From the IMG/VR virus record IMGVR_UViG_3300037852_000055, positions 36,045-100,044 of that record: 64,000 bases of DNA; one strand, given 5' to 3'. The stretch is from a virus. Of this stretch, positions 18,422-27,849 are shown in pieces; position 1 is the stretch's first letter; each line of letters starts with the position of its first letter. The position numbers and the translations under genes were made by a program. The notes under the pieces are model-generated. The model was not told where the DNA came from. It did not search any database and saw only the letters and a program-made list of their open reading frames with translations.

Positions 18422-18886
18422 CTAAAACCTCTTTCCATTGGCTTTGCTACGTTCTTCAAAGGTATGATCCTTGCGTTGTGCATTGTATCTGCGCTTCTCT
18501 ATAAAGGCTCCTCCTAGGTCTAACCCGTGCTCTGCCGCATAATCAAACGTGCGTATCAGTAGGTCTGCCAATTCTACCTCTACCATTTTACGGTGGGGCA
18601 GATGGGTATCCATAAGATCCTTCCGTTCACCCTCCATGGCTTCTGCAATTTCAGAAACCATGAGCATCAATAGTTCTCCCTTGTTTCTCTTAATGGGTTC
18701 CTTAGTGTGTGGATCATGCCACCACTTGTCATTGTCCTTTCGGCAAATGTTGGCAAGCGTATTGATCATGGACTTAGCCAACTGTTCAGAAGTGCCTACT
18801 CCATTGGTGCCTTGCATATACTCAAACGTTGGCGATGCTTCCACTTCGTATTCTCCCATGTAGTTTCCTTTGTTTTTATAATTCAC
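18422..18886 (-). CDS. MazG-like NTP pyrophosphohydrolase
   Basis: SEIAEAMEG.RK...VELADLLIR.FD...K..YN..R. Confidence 0.8.
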   Translation of the reverse strand: MNYKNKGNYMGEYEVEASPTFEYMQGTNGVGTSEQLAKSMINTLANICRKDNDKWWHDPHTKEPIKRNKGELLMLMVSEIAEAMEGERKDLMDTHLPHRKMVEVELADLLIRTFDYAAEHGLDLGGAFIEKRRYNAQRKDHTFEERSKANGKRF

Positions 18887-20762
18887 ATTTATCTCCTACA
18901 CATGCGTAGGTTTTTGCTCCGGTTGTGTGGTCTTCCTGTTCATACTTGCTCAGCTGTGCATAATCAATTTTGGGGAACTCTGCATCCAATTTCTTAAACG
19001 TGGGTTCATCAATTTCTTGATAAGGAGCTAATTGGTATATCCCAGCATCTTTGGGAAGAAACGAGACACCACATAAACTATCAAAGTGCTTATAGCACCA
19101 TGCTCCAGTGGTTAACCACTCATCTTGATCTACATATATAGTTATGGATGGATTATGTTCAGTCCAAAACTCCTTTACTACTAACCAATGTTCTAACTGC
19201 TGTATTGCATTTATATCGTGCCTAGTTTTCCCACCCTCCGGCGCAGAAATAGGAAAATCTAAAACAAACGTGTTGGCTGTGTTTGGTTCTTGTCCAACCT
19301 CAGGAGAATAGGGAACCCCTTGGTCTTTCAGTAGCTGGAACAAAGGGTCTGTAGCACTGATTCTGTAGCGTCTAATGTAATACTTAGCATATCTCGCATG
19401 AATACCGCTGGCTGAATTCACAAGTTGGCTAACCGTACCTGAAGGCTTAATGCATGTAATGGCGGCAGACATGTTTATCTTAAGTCTATCCGACCACTTC
19501 TCAGCTTCTCTAAGGGCTACTCCTTTTAAATCCCCAAGCCACTTCTTCATTGTGTCATTTACATTGTTTAAAACCTTGTGATCCATCATTCCTGTTAAAC
19601 TAACACCTAAAAGGCGTTCTTCTTCACAGTTCTTTTTCCACTCTGGACGTAGATAAGGAAATTTTGTGAATGTAGCCTGCCAAGACCCAAGCATAACTGC
19701 TGTGCGTACTTTTCTACGCAAAGTTTCAAGTGTGTCATCGGGACGTACAACTACTTCACTAAGATTACAGAACTCTTGATCACGCAGAATAATCTCTCCA
19801 CAAGGATTGGTACCAATGCAATCCCATGGTTTCCTACGGCTAGAGGCCAGCATTTGCTTAGCAGCGCCTTCTTTGTTAAAAATACCCCGTTCACCTGAAC
19901 CTGACTCCATCAGGTTTAACCATTCCTTCATAAAGGTTATTTCATCAGGCTTTCCTAGGTATATAGCACTGTTGTTACTCATACTTCTATGAGGTGCACT
20001 GTCCCAGAACTTACCACTTTTGGATGTGGCAATTTTTTGATCGTCTAAATCACTCAGACTAATTAGGCTAGATCTTCGTACCCCCCCTACCACAACAATT
20101 TCTGCTATCTTGCAGATCAAATCGTGACAATCAATGGGTCTAAGTTTTTGGCCTTGGCGAGACTTAAAAAGTTTCGTAGCAAACTCGATGAGGTTTTGCA
20201 GAGGCTCTGGGCCTGAAGCACGACCTCCCATGGTTAACAATCGGTTACCTCTGGGTCTAACTTTAGTATAGTCTACGTTTACGTTGCCACCAGAGTATAG
20301 TACTGTTAAAACAGTGTTTAGAGCTTTGGCCCACCCTTCTTTTGAGTCTTCAACTACAACATTTTCTACAGTATTCTTATTCAGGAACACCGTAGGTAAT
20401 TGCTCCGTATAGCTGTGTTCCACACTGAAGCCCACTCCAGTTCCACACATTAAAATGTACAGAATTTCACTGAACACCTTGAGGTTATTCACTGCCACAA
20501 ACGAACAGTTATACATTGTAATGTTGTTCTGCTTAGCAGCAGGGCCAGCAGCCCAGGCAACTCGCATAGAAGGCATAACTTCCTGAGCAAGCCACGCCTT
20601 CTTTGCAAAGTTTTTATGAACAGGAACAATGGCTTCACCTAGTTCATCACAAAAAAATCCGAGCCATCTATCCCCGGTTTCCTCATAGGTTTCCCTACGT
20701 TTTTCTTCTTCTAACCACCTAGAGTATGTCCGGGTGAATGTGAACAATTGACTCTGATTCAA
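18876..20762 (-). CDS. nrdJ: Class II (B12-dependent) ribonucleotide reductase
   Basis: YNCS, GTGVGFS, GGVRRS, TNPCGEI, CNLSE, KPSGTVS, C-terminal CVGDKC; no beta-subunit gene nearby. Confidence 0.92.
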   Translation of the reverse strand: MNQSQLFTFTRTYSRWLEEEKRRETYEETGDRWLGFFCDELGEAIVPVHKNFAKKAWLAQEVMPSMRVAWAAGPAAKQNNITMYNCSFVAVNNLKVFSEILYILMCGTGVGFSVEHSYTEQLPTVFLNKNTVENVVVEDSKEGWAKALNTVLTVLYSGGNVNVDYTKVRPRGNRLLTMGGRASGPEPLQNLIEFATKLFKSRQGQKLRPIDCHDLICKIAEIVVVGGVRRSSLISLSDLDDQKIATSKSGKFWDSAPHRSMSNNSAIYLGKPDEITFMKEWLNLMESGSGERGIFNKEGAAKQMLASSRRKPWDCIGTNPCGEIILRDQEFCNLSEVVVRPDDTLETLRRKVRTAVMLGSWQATFTKFPYLRPEWKKNCEEERLLGVSLTGMMDHKVLNNVNDTMKKWLGDLKGVALREAEKWSDRLKINMSAAITCIKPSGTVSQLVNSASGIHARYAKYYIRRYRISATDPLFQLLKDQGVPYSPEVGQEPNTANTFVLDFPISAPEGGKTRHDINAIQQLEHWLVVKEFWTEHNPSITIYVDQDEWLTTGAWCYKHFDSLCGVSFLPKDAGIYQLAPYQEIDEPTFKKLDAEFPKIDYAQLSKYEQEDHTTGAKTYACVGDKCEL

Positions 20763-21109
20763 TCTCTTTCTCTCTTTCTTTCTCTACGTAAAACGTATGC
20801 TTTGAAACACAACGGTACAAAACTAAGTCTGGTCTAATTTGCAAAACTCCTTTTTCTAGCGGCACAGGAAATGCCTGGGCAGGGCAGAACGGGCAGTTTA
20901 GATAACTCATTAGCATCCCTCGAATGCAAAGTCCCACTCTAACCAAAGGTAATCAAGGGCACGGTTTTCCAAATCTGTGCCTTTATACCCAACGATTCTA
21001 GGACGAATAACAAAACCTTTACCAACTTCATAGTTATTCTCAATTGTTTTTAAAGCAACTGAATCATCTTCAAATTCCTCTTGCAAATATGTTGGTGCTT
21101 GCGGCATAG

Positions 21110-23590
21110 TTACCCCTTTAACCACCTATTAGAAATATGATAGTCCGACTCCATAACTACTATATCACCCATAACTTCAGCAGCAGCCCTTTTAAAAGCA
21201 TCTGCTATTAATTCTGCTACTTGTTTAGCATAACGTAAGGGACAATGGGCTAAGATTTCATCATGAATCATTGCTTGAATTCTAGCACCGTATTGGGGCA
21301 AAGTGTGCCAAAGATAAGGCCTACCTTGCGTGTCGTGCCCCGCCCCCATAGCCCTCTTAATTATCGAAGCATTACTGCCTTGGATGCAATGGTTCTTCCC
21401 TCGTCTTCCAATGCTTCCCATCAAAGCCCTGTAGCCTTGCTTAATCTCGGATTCCGTAGGATTCCTATGGGTAAGCTTGTACTCCTCTTCAGCATTTGGT
21501 TCTCTTAAATTTTTAACTTTGAAATCAAAGATGTTTTTCTTTTGTACTTCCTCTTCAACCTCAAGCCTTTCAGTGTTTTCTTCTTCAAACCATTCCCTAG
21601 CCATCTGCCAAGTAGGTATGGGGAAAGAGCGACGGCGACCAAACATATCTCGTGCTTCTTTTTCTCTCTTAGCCCGTTCACCGGATTCTCTTAAGTAGTT
21701 CCATACATCTGGGAACTTTTCTTCGTGCAACTTCATTAACTCCTTGGCAGCATCAATGGTTACTCCAATTTGATCAGCCAAGGCATCCGGCCCTCCTCCA
21801 TAGCACAACAAGAAATTTACAGCTTTGGTATTATCCCTTAACTTCTTGTGGCCTTTGCATTTGCACTTTGCGTACTTTTGCTCTCCTTTTTCATTCAGAG
21901 CATAATACTCGCAGCCTTCTTCTCTAAGTTGTGGCCACTTCTCTGGGTACAAAATTTCTGTAGAGACAGAGTGTACGTCCCATCCTTTGTTAAATGCGTT
22001 GATCCATGTCTGAGCATTAGCAAGCACTGCAATGATTCGCAATTCAGCCCCAGACATATCAATAGTTACAATGCAGTTCTCTTCTCCAGTTACAGGGTCT
22101 GGTGGATCTGCAATAAAACAAGAACGAACCTCATCATCTTGTGGAAGGTTTTGCCCATTGGGTTTCTCCGAAGATGTACGCCCAGTTTCTGCCATCAACT
22201 GGTTGAAGATGCAGTGCAGCCTACCGTCCCCTGGGTGTCTCCAGCCTTCTGCCTTGGATGCTTTGGTTACCCATCGTTGTGTCCATTGTACGCCATAGGT
22301 TCCTGTATCTTTCTTGCCTTTTCGGAACTTACGTAATGTTTGGATCAGCGGACGATCATTGAAGCGCAGAAGTGTGTCATCTGTTACATCTTGAATCCCA
22401 CGCATACCCGGCAGCTTGCGAAGGGCCGCTAACATTTGCGGCTGAGAGTCATAGTTTAAATAAGCATCCCCTTCACATTTCTCAAGGTTGTTCAGGTACT
22501 TAGTTTTTTCTTTGCTTAATTCAGAAAAATTTTTACGGGCCTGCGCCTTAGCTTCTTTTCGTTTCTTCTCTTCTTCCTTCAGGAGCGCAGAAATTTCCGT
22601 TTTTTTAAGCTTGTCTTTTTCTTGGCGTTTTAACGCGGCAAGCTCTAGCTCCTTTGAAGATGCAGTTTCAAACCCATTGCGCCATAAGTTTTCTAACTCG
22701 GCAAGTTTCTTTTCATCAATCTGCTCAGTCTTTAGACCAACAATAGGAATAAATGCTTCGTCTAAAATCTTCAGTTCATCTTTACGCCTAGCCAAAACGT
22801 TTTCAATACGCTTAAGCCACCGTGCATCATCAAGGTTTTGCCCAATCAAATGCATGTCCTTGAATGTTCCAATAGCATCATTCTCAATTTGTGCTGTGGT
22901 TAACAACTGGTCTACTGTCATCAAATTGATTTGTGCTTGGCGTATAGCTAAAGGCATACGCACGTCAAATGCTGCGTATAAAACTTGTTCTTCAGTTAAA
23001 GAAGATTTGAGATCAAAGCTGGTCTGCTTGGTTTTATCAATGATTATACCAAAATATCTAGCAGCAATAGCTGACATGCTAAACTCTGCCATCTTTTTCA
23101 GTGGGATGGTTCCGGCACGTATAACTCGTTCTGCCATATCTGTGCTATACAGGTGCCAGATGCGATATCCAAAGTTCCAATGGAAAACCGAGTATTCAAA
23201 CTCAAGGCTCTGCCCAACTTTTAAAAAGTTGTTTGTGCAAAGTATGGGCTCAAGAATCTCAAAGATTTTCTTATAAGTATCTCCACAGTTTTTACCATAG
23301 TGCCCTTGGGTAGCAATAAGATTTTCTTCAGAACCTGCAAAGGGTAGCAGGTCAATCACGAACTGTCTGTCTCTGTCCCCTACCTGAATGGTTCTCACGT
23401 AGCGATAAAAAAAGTCGGACACCACGTTAGTTTCGGTGTCAATGCATAGCATCTTATCTGTTGTACCTTTGTACGCCAACCATTCCGCCAAAGACTGCAG
23501 GCCGGAGTCATCGGTGACAAGCGTGACATTCATCTTAGGATTCAAATCAGCCAGAACCAAGGGTTTCAACTGCTTTTCAATTTCTGCCAC
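21110..23590 (-). CDS. polA: Family A DNA polymerase with 3'-5' exonuclease
   Basis: ExoI DTET, YAAFD, TGRTSS..PN.QN, motif A DMSGAELR, motif B R...KAVNF...YG, motif C HDE. Confidence 0.95.
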   Translation of the reverse strand: MAEIEKQLKPLVLADLNPKMNVTLVTDDSGLQSLAEWLAYKGTTDKMLCIDTETNVVSDFFYRYVRTIQVGDRDRQFVIDLLPFAGSEENLIATQGHYGKNCGDTYKKIFEILEPILCTNNFLKVGQSLEFEYSVFHWNFGYRIWHLYSTDMAERVIRAGTIPLKKMAEFSMSAIAARYFGIIIDKTKQTSFDLKSSLTEEQVLYAAFDVRMPLAIRQAQINLMTVDQLLTTAQIENDAIGTFKDMHLIGQNLDDARWLKRIENVLARRKDELKILDEAFIPIVGLKTEQIDEKKLAELENLWRNGFETASSKELELAALKRQEKDKLKKTEISALLKEEEKKRKEAKAQARKNFSELSKEKTKYLNNLEKCEGDAYLNYDSQPQMLAALRKLPGMRGIQDVTDDTLLRFNDRPLIQTLRKFRKGKKDTGTYGVQWTQRWVTKASKAEGWRHPGDGRLHCIFNQLMAETGRTSSEKPNGQNLPQDDEVRSCFIADPPDPVTGEENCIVTIDMSGAELRIIAVLANAQTWINAFNKGWDVHSVSTEILYPEKWPQLREEGCEYYALNEKGEQKYAKCKCKGHKKLRDNTKAVNFLLCYGGGPDALADQIGVTIDAAKELMKLHEEKFPDVWNYLRESGERAKREKEARDMFGRRRSFPIPTWQMAREWFEEENTERLEVEEEVQKKNIFDFKVKNLREPNAEEEYKLTHRNPTESEIKQGYRALMGSIGRRGKNHCIQGSNASIIKRAMGAGHDTQGRPYLWHTLPQYGARIQAMIHDEILAHCPLRYAKQVAELIADAFKRAAAEVMGDIVVMESDYHISNRWLKG

Positions 23591-23616
23591 CTAGACTCCT
23601 TTCCTATTGATTTTAT

Positions 23617-23835
23617 TTAAATAAGGCCTAAATTAAACTCTGAGCGTAAATTTACCAGTGCTTGTTTTTCTTTTTGCTTACTAATTAAGGTTTTCTCTAG
23701 TGAATCTATCTCCTCCACCAGCTCATTGATACGATAATTTATATCAGATGTTGCACCTACAGATCTTCCATGTTCTGTTAAGCTGACATAAAAAGGTCTC
23801 CACTCTGTCTCCCACTCTTTAACTGTATACTTCAC
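23617..23835 (-). CDS. Hypothetical protein
   Basis: AAGGAG RBS after a TGaTACACT -10 element. Confidence 0.6.
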   Translation of the reverse strand: MKYTVKEWETEWRPFYVSLTEHGRSVGATSDINYRINELVEEIDSLEKTLISKQKEKQALVNLRSEFNLGLI

Positions 23836-23876
23836 TGTTTCTCCTTTGGATTAAGTGTATCACACCTATGTACCAG

Positions 23877-23901
23877 AGCTTGGGAAACGTTTTCCCAAGC
23901 T
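23877..23901. promoter_or_regulatory. 25-bp palindrome, copy 2, at the -35 position of the replication-operon promoter
   Basis: AGCTTGGGAAA-CGT-TTTCCCAAGCT (perfect 11-bp arms). Confidence 0.7.
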
Positions 23902-23965
23902 AAGGCAACCGGGGCTGAATTTGCCCCGCCTTACCTTTGGGTATATTTGTACGTTTGAATTCTGG

Positions 23966-24196
23966 TCAGCCAATTTTGCCGGAGGCCCATGATCTCTGCT
24001 TATACACAGAGCGGTCTAAGGATCGGGCCACCTTTTGGAGCTTAAGCACCTCGGCTTTGCAGTACCTAAGGGTTTCCTGATCATTGGCCCCAGGGTCAGC
24101 AACAATCTTGTACTCAATTTCTTTGACTTTTTGGAGCCATAGAGCCAGTTGCCTATGAACTTCTTGGCGTTCTTTGCTTAACTTCTTTCTTTTCAT
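23966..24196 (-). CDS. Hypothetical basic protein
   Basis: ORF track; GAGG RBS. Confidence 0.55.
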   Translation of the reverse strand: MKRKKLSKERQEVHRQLALWLQKVKEIEYKIVADPGANDQETLRYCKAEVLKLQKVARSLDRSVYKQRSWASGKIG

Positions 24197-24575
24197 AAGC
24201 TTAAGTACCTCTATGTATACTATGTATATGCCGGGAGGGGTTCATAAATTTATTTTATCACAGTACTGCCAAGATTTAGCGGGCATCAAAGCTGTGTTTT
24301 TCCTTTGTTTTGTTATACTTAGTTTATACATAGTTCCATATAGGAAGTAGGAACATCGGTGTTTTCATAGGTTTATAGGACTTTTGTGGTTGGCGTACCA
24401 AGTATTTTCTATGGTTTTCCATATGGTATGAAAATAACACTTGACAGGGTTAAAATTATACTTAACTCCTTTGTTTTCAGTATTATGTGTCATTATTATA
24501 CTCCGTAAGTGTATGAAAATAAAGGAAGCATGTACTAAAGATAAAAGAGTATAATTAGTTTAGAGATTGAATAAT

Positions 24576-24658
24576 ACCTAAGCCTTGATCAGCTTAGGTT
24601 AGAAGAAGGGGTAGCTATCCCTACCCCTTCTTCGACTTTGGATAGAAAGAAAATACAA
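24576..24658 (+). ncRNA. Endonuclease-leader pseudoknot RNA, copy A
   Basis: Hairpin 24576-24599; 13-bp stem 24602-24633; loop CUAUCC pairs with GGAUAG 24640-24645. Confidence 0.75.
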
Positions 24659-25144
24659 ATGAGAACTAAGTCTAACGCAAAAGATTACTATATTTATTTG
24701 ATGAGCTGTGGCCAGTATAACTGGCAAAAGATTGGAATATCTACTAGACCACAGGGTAGAGAGAAAGACATTACTGTACCTTTCAAGTTGGAACTAAGTG
24801 CCACACACGTTATAGCAAACAATTTATCAGACGCAGTAAGAGTTGAGTCAGAAGTACATAAATTGTTGCACTACTTAAGAATAAAGCAAGAATGGTTTCA
24901 TTCTGTGACGGTGGAAGTGTTTGAAGAAGCACTGAAAGAAGTCACTGACAACCCCAACAGAAGATACATAGGGGTTACTCATTCTAAACAAGGTAGTTAT
25001 GTAGCTAAAATACGTGTTCAAGGAGAGGTTAGGCACGTAGGGAGCTTTAGTACTGCTAAGAGAGCAGCAGAGGCCTATGATAGAGCTTCAAAACTGTGGT
25101 ATGGTAACAGTAGACCATTGAATTTCTCAATAGAAAATTCTTAA
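24659..25144 (+). CDS. GIY-YIG-like (T5orf172-type) endonuclease with AP2 domain
   Basis: YIYLM...KIGIS..P..R...E..VH...EWF; YIGV...YVAKI...GSF.T...AAEAYD.A...NF. Confidence 0.8.
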   Translation: MRTKSNAKDYYIYLMSCGQYNWQKIGISTRPQGREKDITVPFKLELSATHVIANNLSDAVRVESEVHKLLHYLRIKQEWFHSVTVEVFEEALKEVTDNPNRRYIGVTHSKQGSYVAKIRVQGEVRHVGSFSTAKRAAEAYDRASKLWYGNSRPLNFSIENS

Positions 25145-25584
25145 CCTCTCCTCCCCTCGTGCATGCAATGTGCACTTTCTATACGCGCTTCGCGCCTCCG
25201 GTTAACTCCTTTACCCGGTGGGGCGAAACCTAAGCGTATACCTGTACAGAATCTGCAGTGTGATCAGCGATTGCTATGACACTTATCCCCGCAAGGGTGC
25301 TACGTAACTGTCCAATGACAAGGTGTAGGTGCGAACGAGAATGGACGGACTGCAGATAAAGTTTAAAAAGTTTTGTATCAAGAGATCTTCAGCAGCGAAA
25401 TTAAAAGTTGTAAGTCTGATTTGGATTGAGATGCAAATGACCGCCCGTTGGGGCGAGGCCTATGCGCGGCGGCGCTTAGTGGTCTTGCCCAAAAAGAACC
25501 GAGATAGAGAGCAAGATTACCCCTTAGCCTAGCCAGTGAGTGTAAAGGGAAATTTCTACTTTCTGGTTCCACTGGCAAATTTAT

Positions 25585-25659
25585 TGGCCTGTAGCATAAC
25601 GGCAGTGCTTTTCACTGTTAATGAAACGGGTGTAGGTTCGAGTCCTACCGGGCCAGCCA
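25585..25659 (+). tRNA. tRNA-Asn(GTT)
   Basis: Acceptor TGGCCTG/CGGGCCA; anticodon arm TTTCA-CTGTTAA-TGAAA; GTAGG-TTCGAGT-CCTAC; discriminator G plus encoded CCA. Confidence 0.92.
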
Positions 25660-25744
25660 TTCCTTGTGAAAGGCAAATATGAACTCAGAGAAATGCAAAG
25701 AAGAACTTTTAGAAAATTTACTGAATACCCTAAGGAGAATACAC

Positions 25745-25933
25745 ATGAGCGTAACGCAACTTGATGCGGACATTCAAACATTGACAACCAACGTACAGGC
25801 CTTGATTACGCAGAGCGCGAACTCAGTGCCTCAATCCGAAGTGGATGCAGCCGATGCCCAAGTGGTTGCTCTGAACACAACTGTAGTTGCTGCGCTGGCA
25901 CCTCCTGCAGCTCCAGCAGCGGCCAAGGCCTAA
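25745..25933 (+). CDS. Small Ala-rich coiled-coil protein
   Basis: AAGGAG RBS before ATG at 25745. Confidence 0.6.
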   Translation: MSVTQLDADIQTLTTNVQALITQSANSVPQSEVDAADAQVVALNTTVVAALAPPAAPAAAKA

Positions 25934-26256
25934 GTTTAAAAAGATTAGGAACCGCATAGTCCTTTGACTCTTTAGAGCCAGGGAGAGGTTCCTAAAGAAG
26001 GAGTAAAGTTTCCTCCATGGCCAATCTGAAACTAACCCATTGGGAACCCTACGCCTTTGTGCAAAGAACCAGTGGCAGTCCGTCCTGTACTTGTACCACA
26101 GGCTCCGGCGCGGGGTAAGAAGGGAAACCGCTTTGTGCACATAGCGCAGCCTCCTGTCGCGCATTCTCAGTAGCGCATAAAATGAGAACCAAAGTTAGTA
26201 AGCCGCGTCCGTGCATGGACGTGCAGACAACAGGACACTTTTATTTGTAAAACCAA

Positions 26257-26287
26257 AGCTCTGCCAGAAATGGTAGGGCTATTTTTA
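26257..26287 (+). terminator. Rho-independent terminator
   Basis: AGCTCTGCCA-gaaa-TGGTAGGGCT-ATTTTT. Confidence 0.7.
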
Positions 26288-26360
26288 TGCGTTGAAGACT
26301 CAGGTGAACATACTTTGTCCAGATGATCCGCGCAAGCGGTGCGGACTTAGGAAAATCACT

Positions 26361-26669
26361 ATGAAATACGTATCACAAGCCTTGCTCGAAGCTACGTATA
26401 AAAAATACAACAAGAAATACTTTGGAAATTCTTTACCCAAAGATATTGACCTTCGTTTTGGTCATACCCAGGGAGATCTTGGGTATCAATTGGGTGAAGA
26501 AATTGTGTTGAACAAAAGCAAAGCGTATCGTAGGGATTCCATTTGGAAAGGTACGTTACTACACGAACTTGTCCACTTAAAAGTGGCAGAGAGCAACGAT
26601 CACGGCCCGAAGTTCCAAAAAGAAATGCTAAGACTTGCAAAGGCAGGAGCCTTCAAAGGAATTTGGTAG
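26361..26669 (+). CDS. SprT-like zinc metalloprotease domain protein
   Basis: YN..YF...LP...TLLHELVH...HGPKF. Confidence 0.8.
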   Translation: MKYVSQALLEATYKKYNKKYFGNSLPKDIDLRFGHTQGDLGYQLGEEIVLNKSKAYRRDSIWKGTLLHELVHLKVAESNDHGPKFQKEMLRLAKAGAFKGIW

Positions 26670-26698
26670 GTTAAATTAAAAAGACTCAGGAGAATACA

Positions 26699-27031
26699 AT
26701 GGCAGAAACAGTAGAAGCAGCGGCAGAACAACTAGGAACAGCAGTGGAGGGTTCAACGGTAGCGCCTGTGGAGAAGGCAGCAGTGGCTGCAAAAGTGGAA
26801 GTGACAACGGAAGAGAACCTATTTCTACGCACAACCGAGGCCGCGTTCTTACGCGCACAAGTACGCATTAGAGATGCACAGAAGGGCCTAGAAAACCTTG
26901 TAAAAGAAGCGGAAGCCCATAGCAAGACCTATAGTGAAAAAGTGGAGGCATTGTTTAAGAAGTATAGTGTGACTCCTGCAGAATTTTTATGGGATAACTT
27001 AGAGAATTCTTTTAAATCTATAAAGAAGTAA
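26699..27031 (+). CDS. Hypothetical protein
   Basis: AGGAG RBS; coiled coil. Confidence 0.7.
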   Translation: MAETVEAAAEQLGTAVEGSTVAPVEKAAVAAKVEVTTEENLFLRTTEAAFLRAQVRIRDAQKGLENLVKEAEAHSKTYSEKVEALFKKYSVTPAEFLWDNLENSFKSIKK

Positions 27032-27046
27032 AATTTAGACACACAT

Positions 27047-27125
27047 ATCGGAACTTATAATCCCGATTAGAGTTGGGCAGTGCTCGTTACACTGCCCTTC
27101 TCGACCTTAACGAGAGGAAAACACA
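27047..27125 (+). ncRNA. Endonuclease-leader pseudoknot RNA, copy B
   Basis: Stem GGGCAGUG/CACUGCCC; loop CUCGUUA pairs with UAACGAG 27108-27114. Confidence 0.78.
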
Positions 27126-27350
27126 ATGGGAAGAAAAGTAGTTAATTTTGTTGGGCAAGTTGTTGGTAGCCTTACTATTTTAAAAAGAGTTGAAAACGGT
27201 AATAGAGGAGAAGCCAGATGGCTACTAGAAAAAGCAGCAGCTTATCTTAGAGAATTTGGGTATAAAGATGCAAGACTCAGTGCCAGTGAATATATCCCAG
27301 GAACAAAAACCACAGGAAGTGCCTCAGGAAGTTCCAAAGGAATCTACTGA
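27126..27350 (+). pseudogene. Internally deleted homing endonuclease remnant
   Basis: GQVVGSLTILKRV...ARW N-terminus joined directly to an EndoVII-type LLEKAAAYL C-terminus. Confidence 0.6.
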
Positions 27351-27837
27351 GGAGAAACCTAAGGGGCCTTTGGAGTTAGTCGTACGTAATACAAACGGAA
27401 CTTTTAGCACGCGACTGAAAGACCCAAAGACTGGGCACTTCATGAAGAAGGATCGCCCACTTCCTAGTGCCAAGGAATTGGTCAGAGCAGGAAGGCAACT
27501 TCTTACAAGCGCAGAGGCTGGGCCGGATGGCAAGCTTATCAAAGGCAGTAAGACTCGGCATAGAAAGATATTTGACAACCTTGTGCGAATAGCTACATTG
27601 GAAACCGACGACCCCAAAGCACTCATGTCAATTATAAAGGCGGCAGAATTGCTGTACCTAAGGTTCTATGGGAAACCAGCAGTGTCAGACGACGAGCTAG
27701 ACGCGCTTCGTGTGCACGGTGTGAAAGTGGTAATCGTGCAAGCACCTGAGCTTCAAAACAAAGAAGTTGTTCAAGAAAAACCAAAGGAAATGCTTAAACC
27801 GTCATTCATTGAGGCTGAGGTGATTAGTACCAACTAG
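27268..27837 (+). CDS. Probable terminase small subunit
   Basis: Directly upstream of terL; helical; GK motif near the C-terminus (positional call). Confidence 0.55.
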   Translation: MQDSVPVNISQEQKPQEVPQEVPKESTEEKPKGPLELVVRNTNGTFSTRLKDPKTGHFMKKDRPLPSAKELVRAGRQLLTSAEAGPDGKLIKGSKTRHRKIFDNLVRIATLETDDPKALMSIIKAAELLYLRFYGKPAVSDDELDALRVHGVKVVIVQAPELQNKEVVQEKPKEMLKPSFIEAEVISTN

Positions 27838-27849
27838 GGGTAAAGAATA

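Noticed and set aside
1130-23276. Long plus-strand ORFs 1130-1930, 3217-3966 and 22488-23276
   Set aside because: Antisense shadows of well-supported minus-strand genes.
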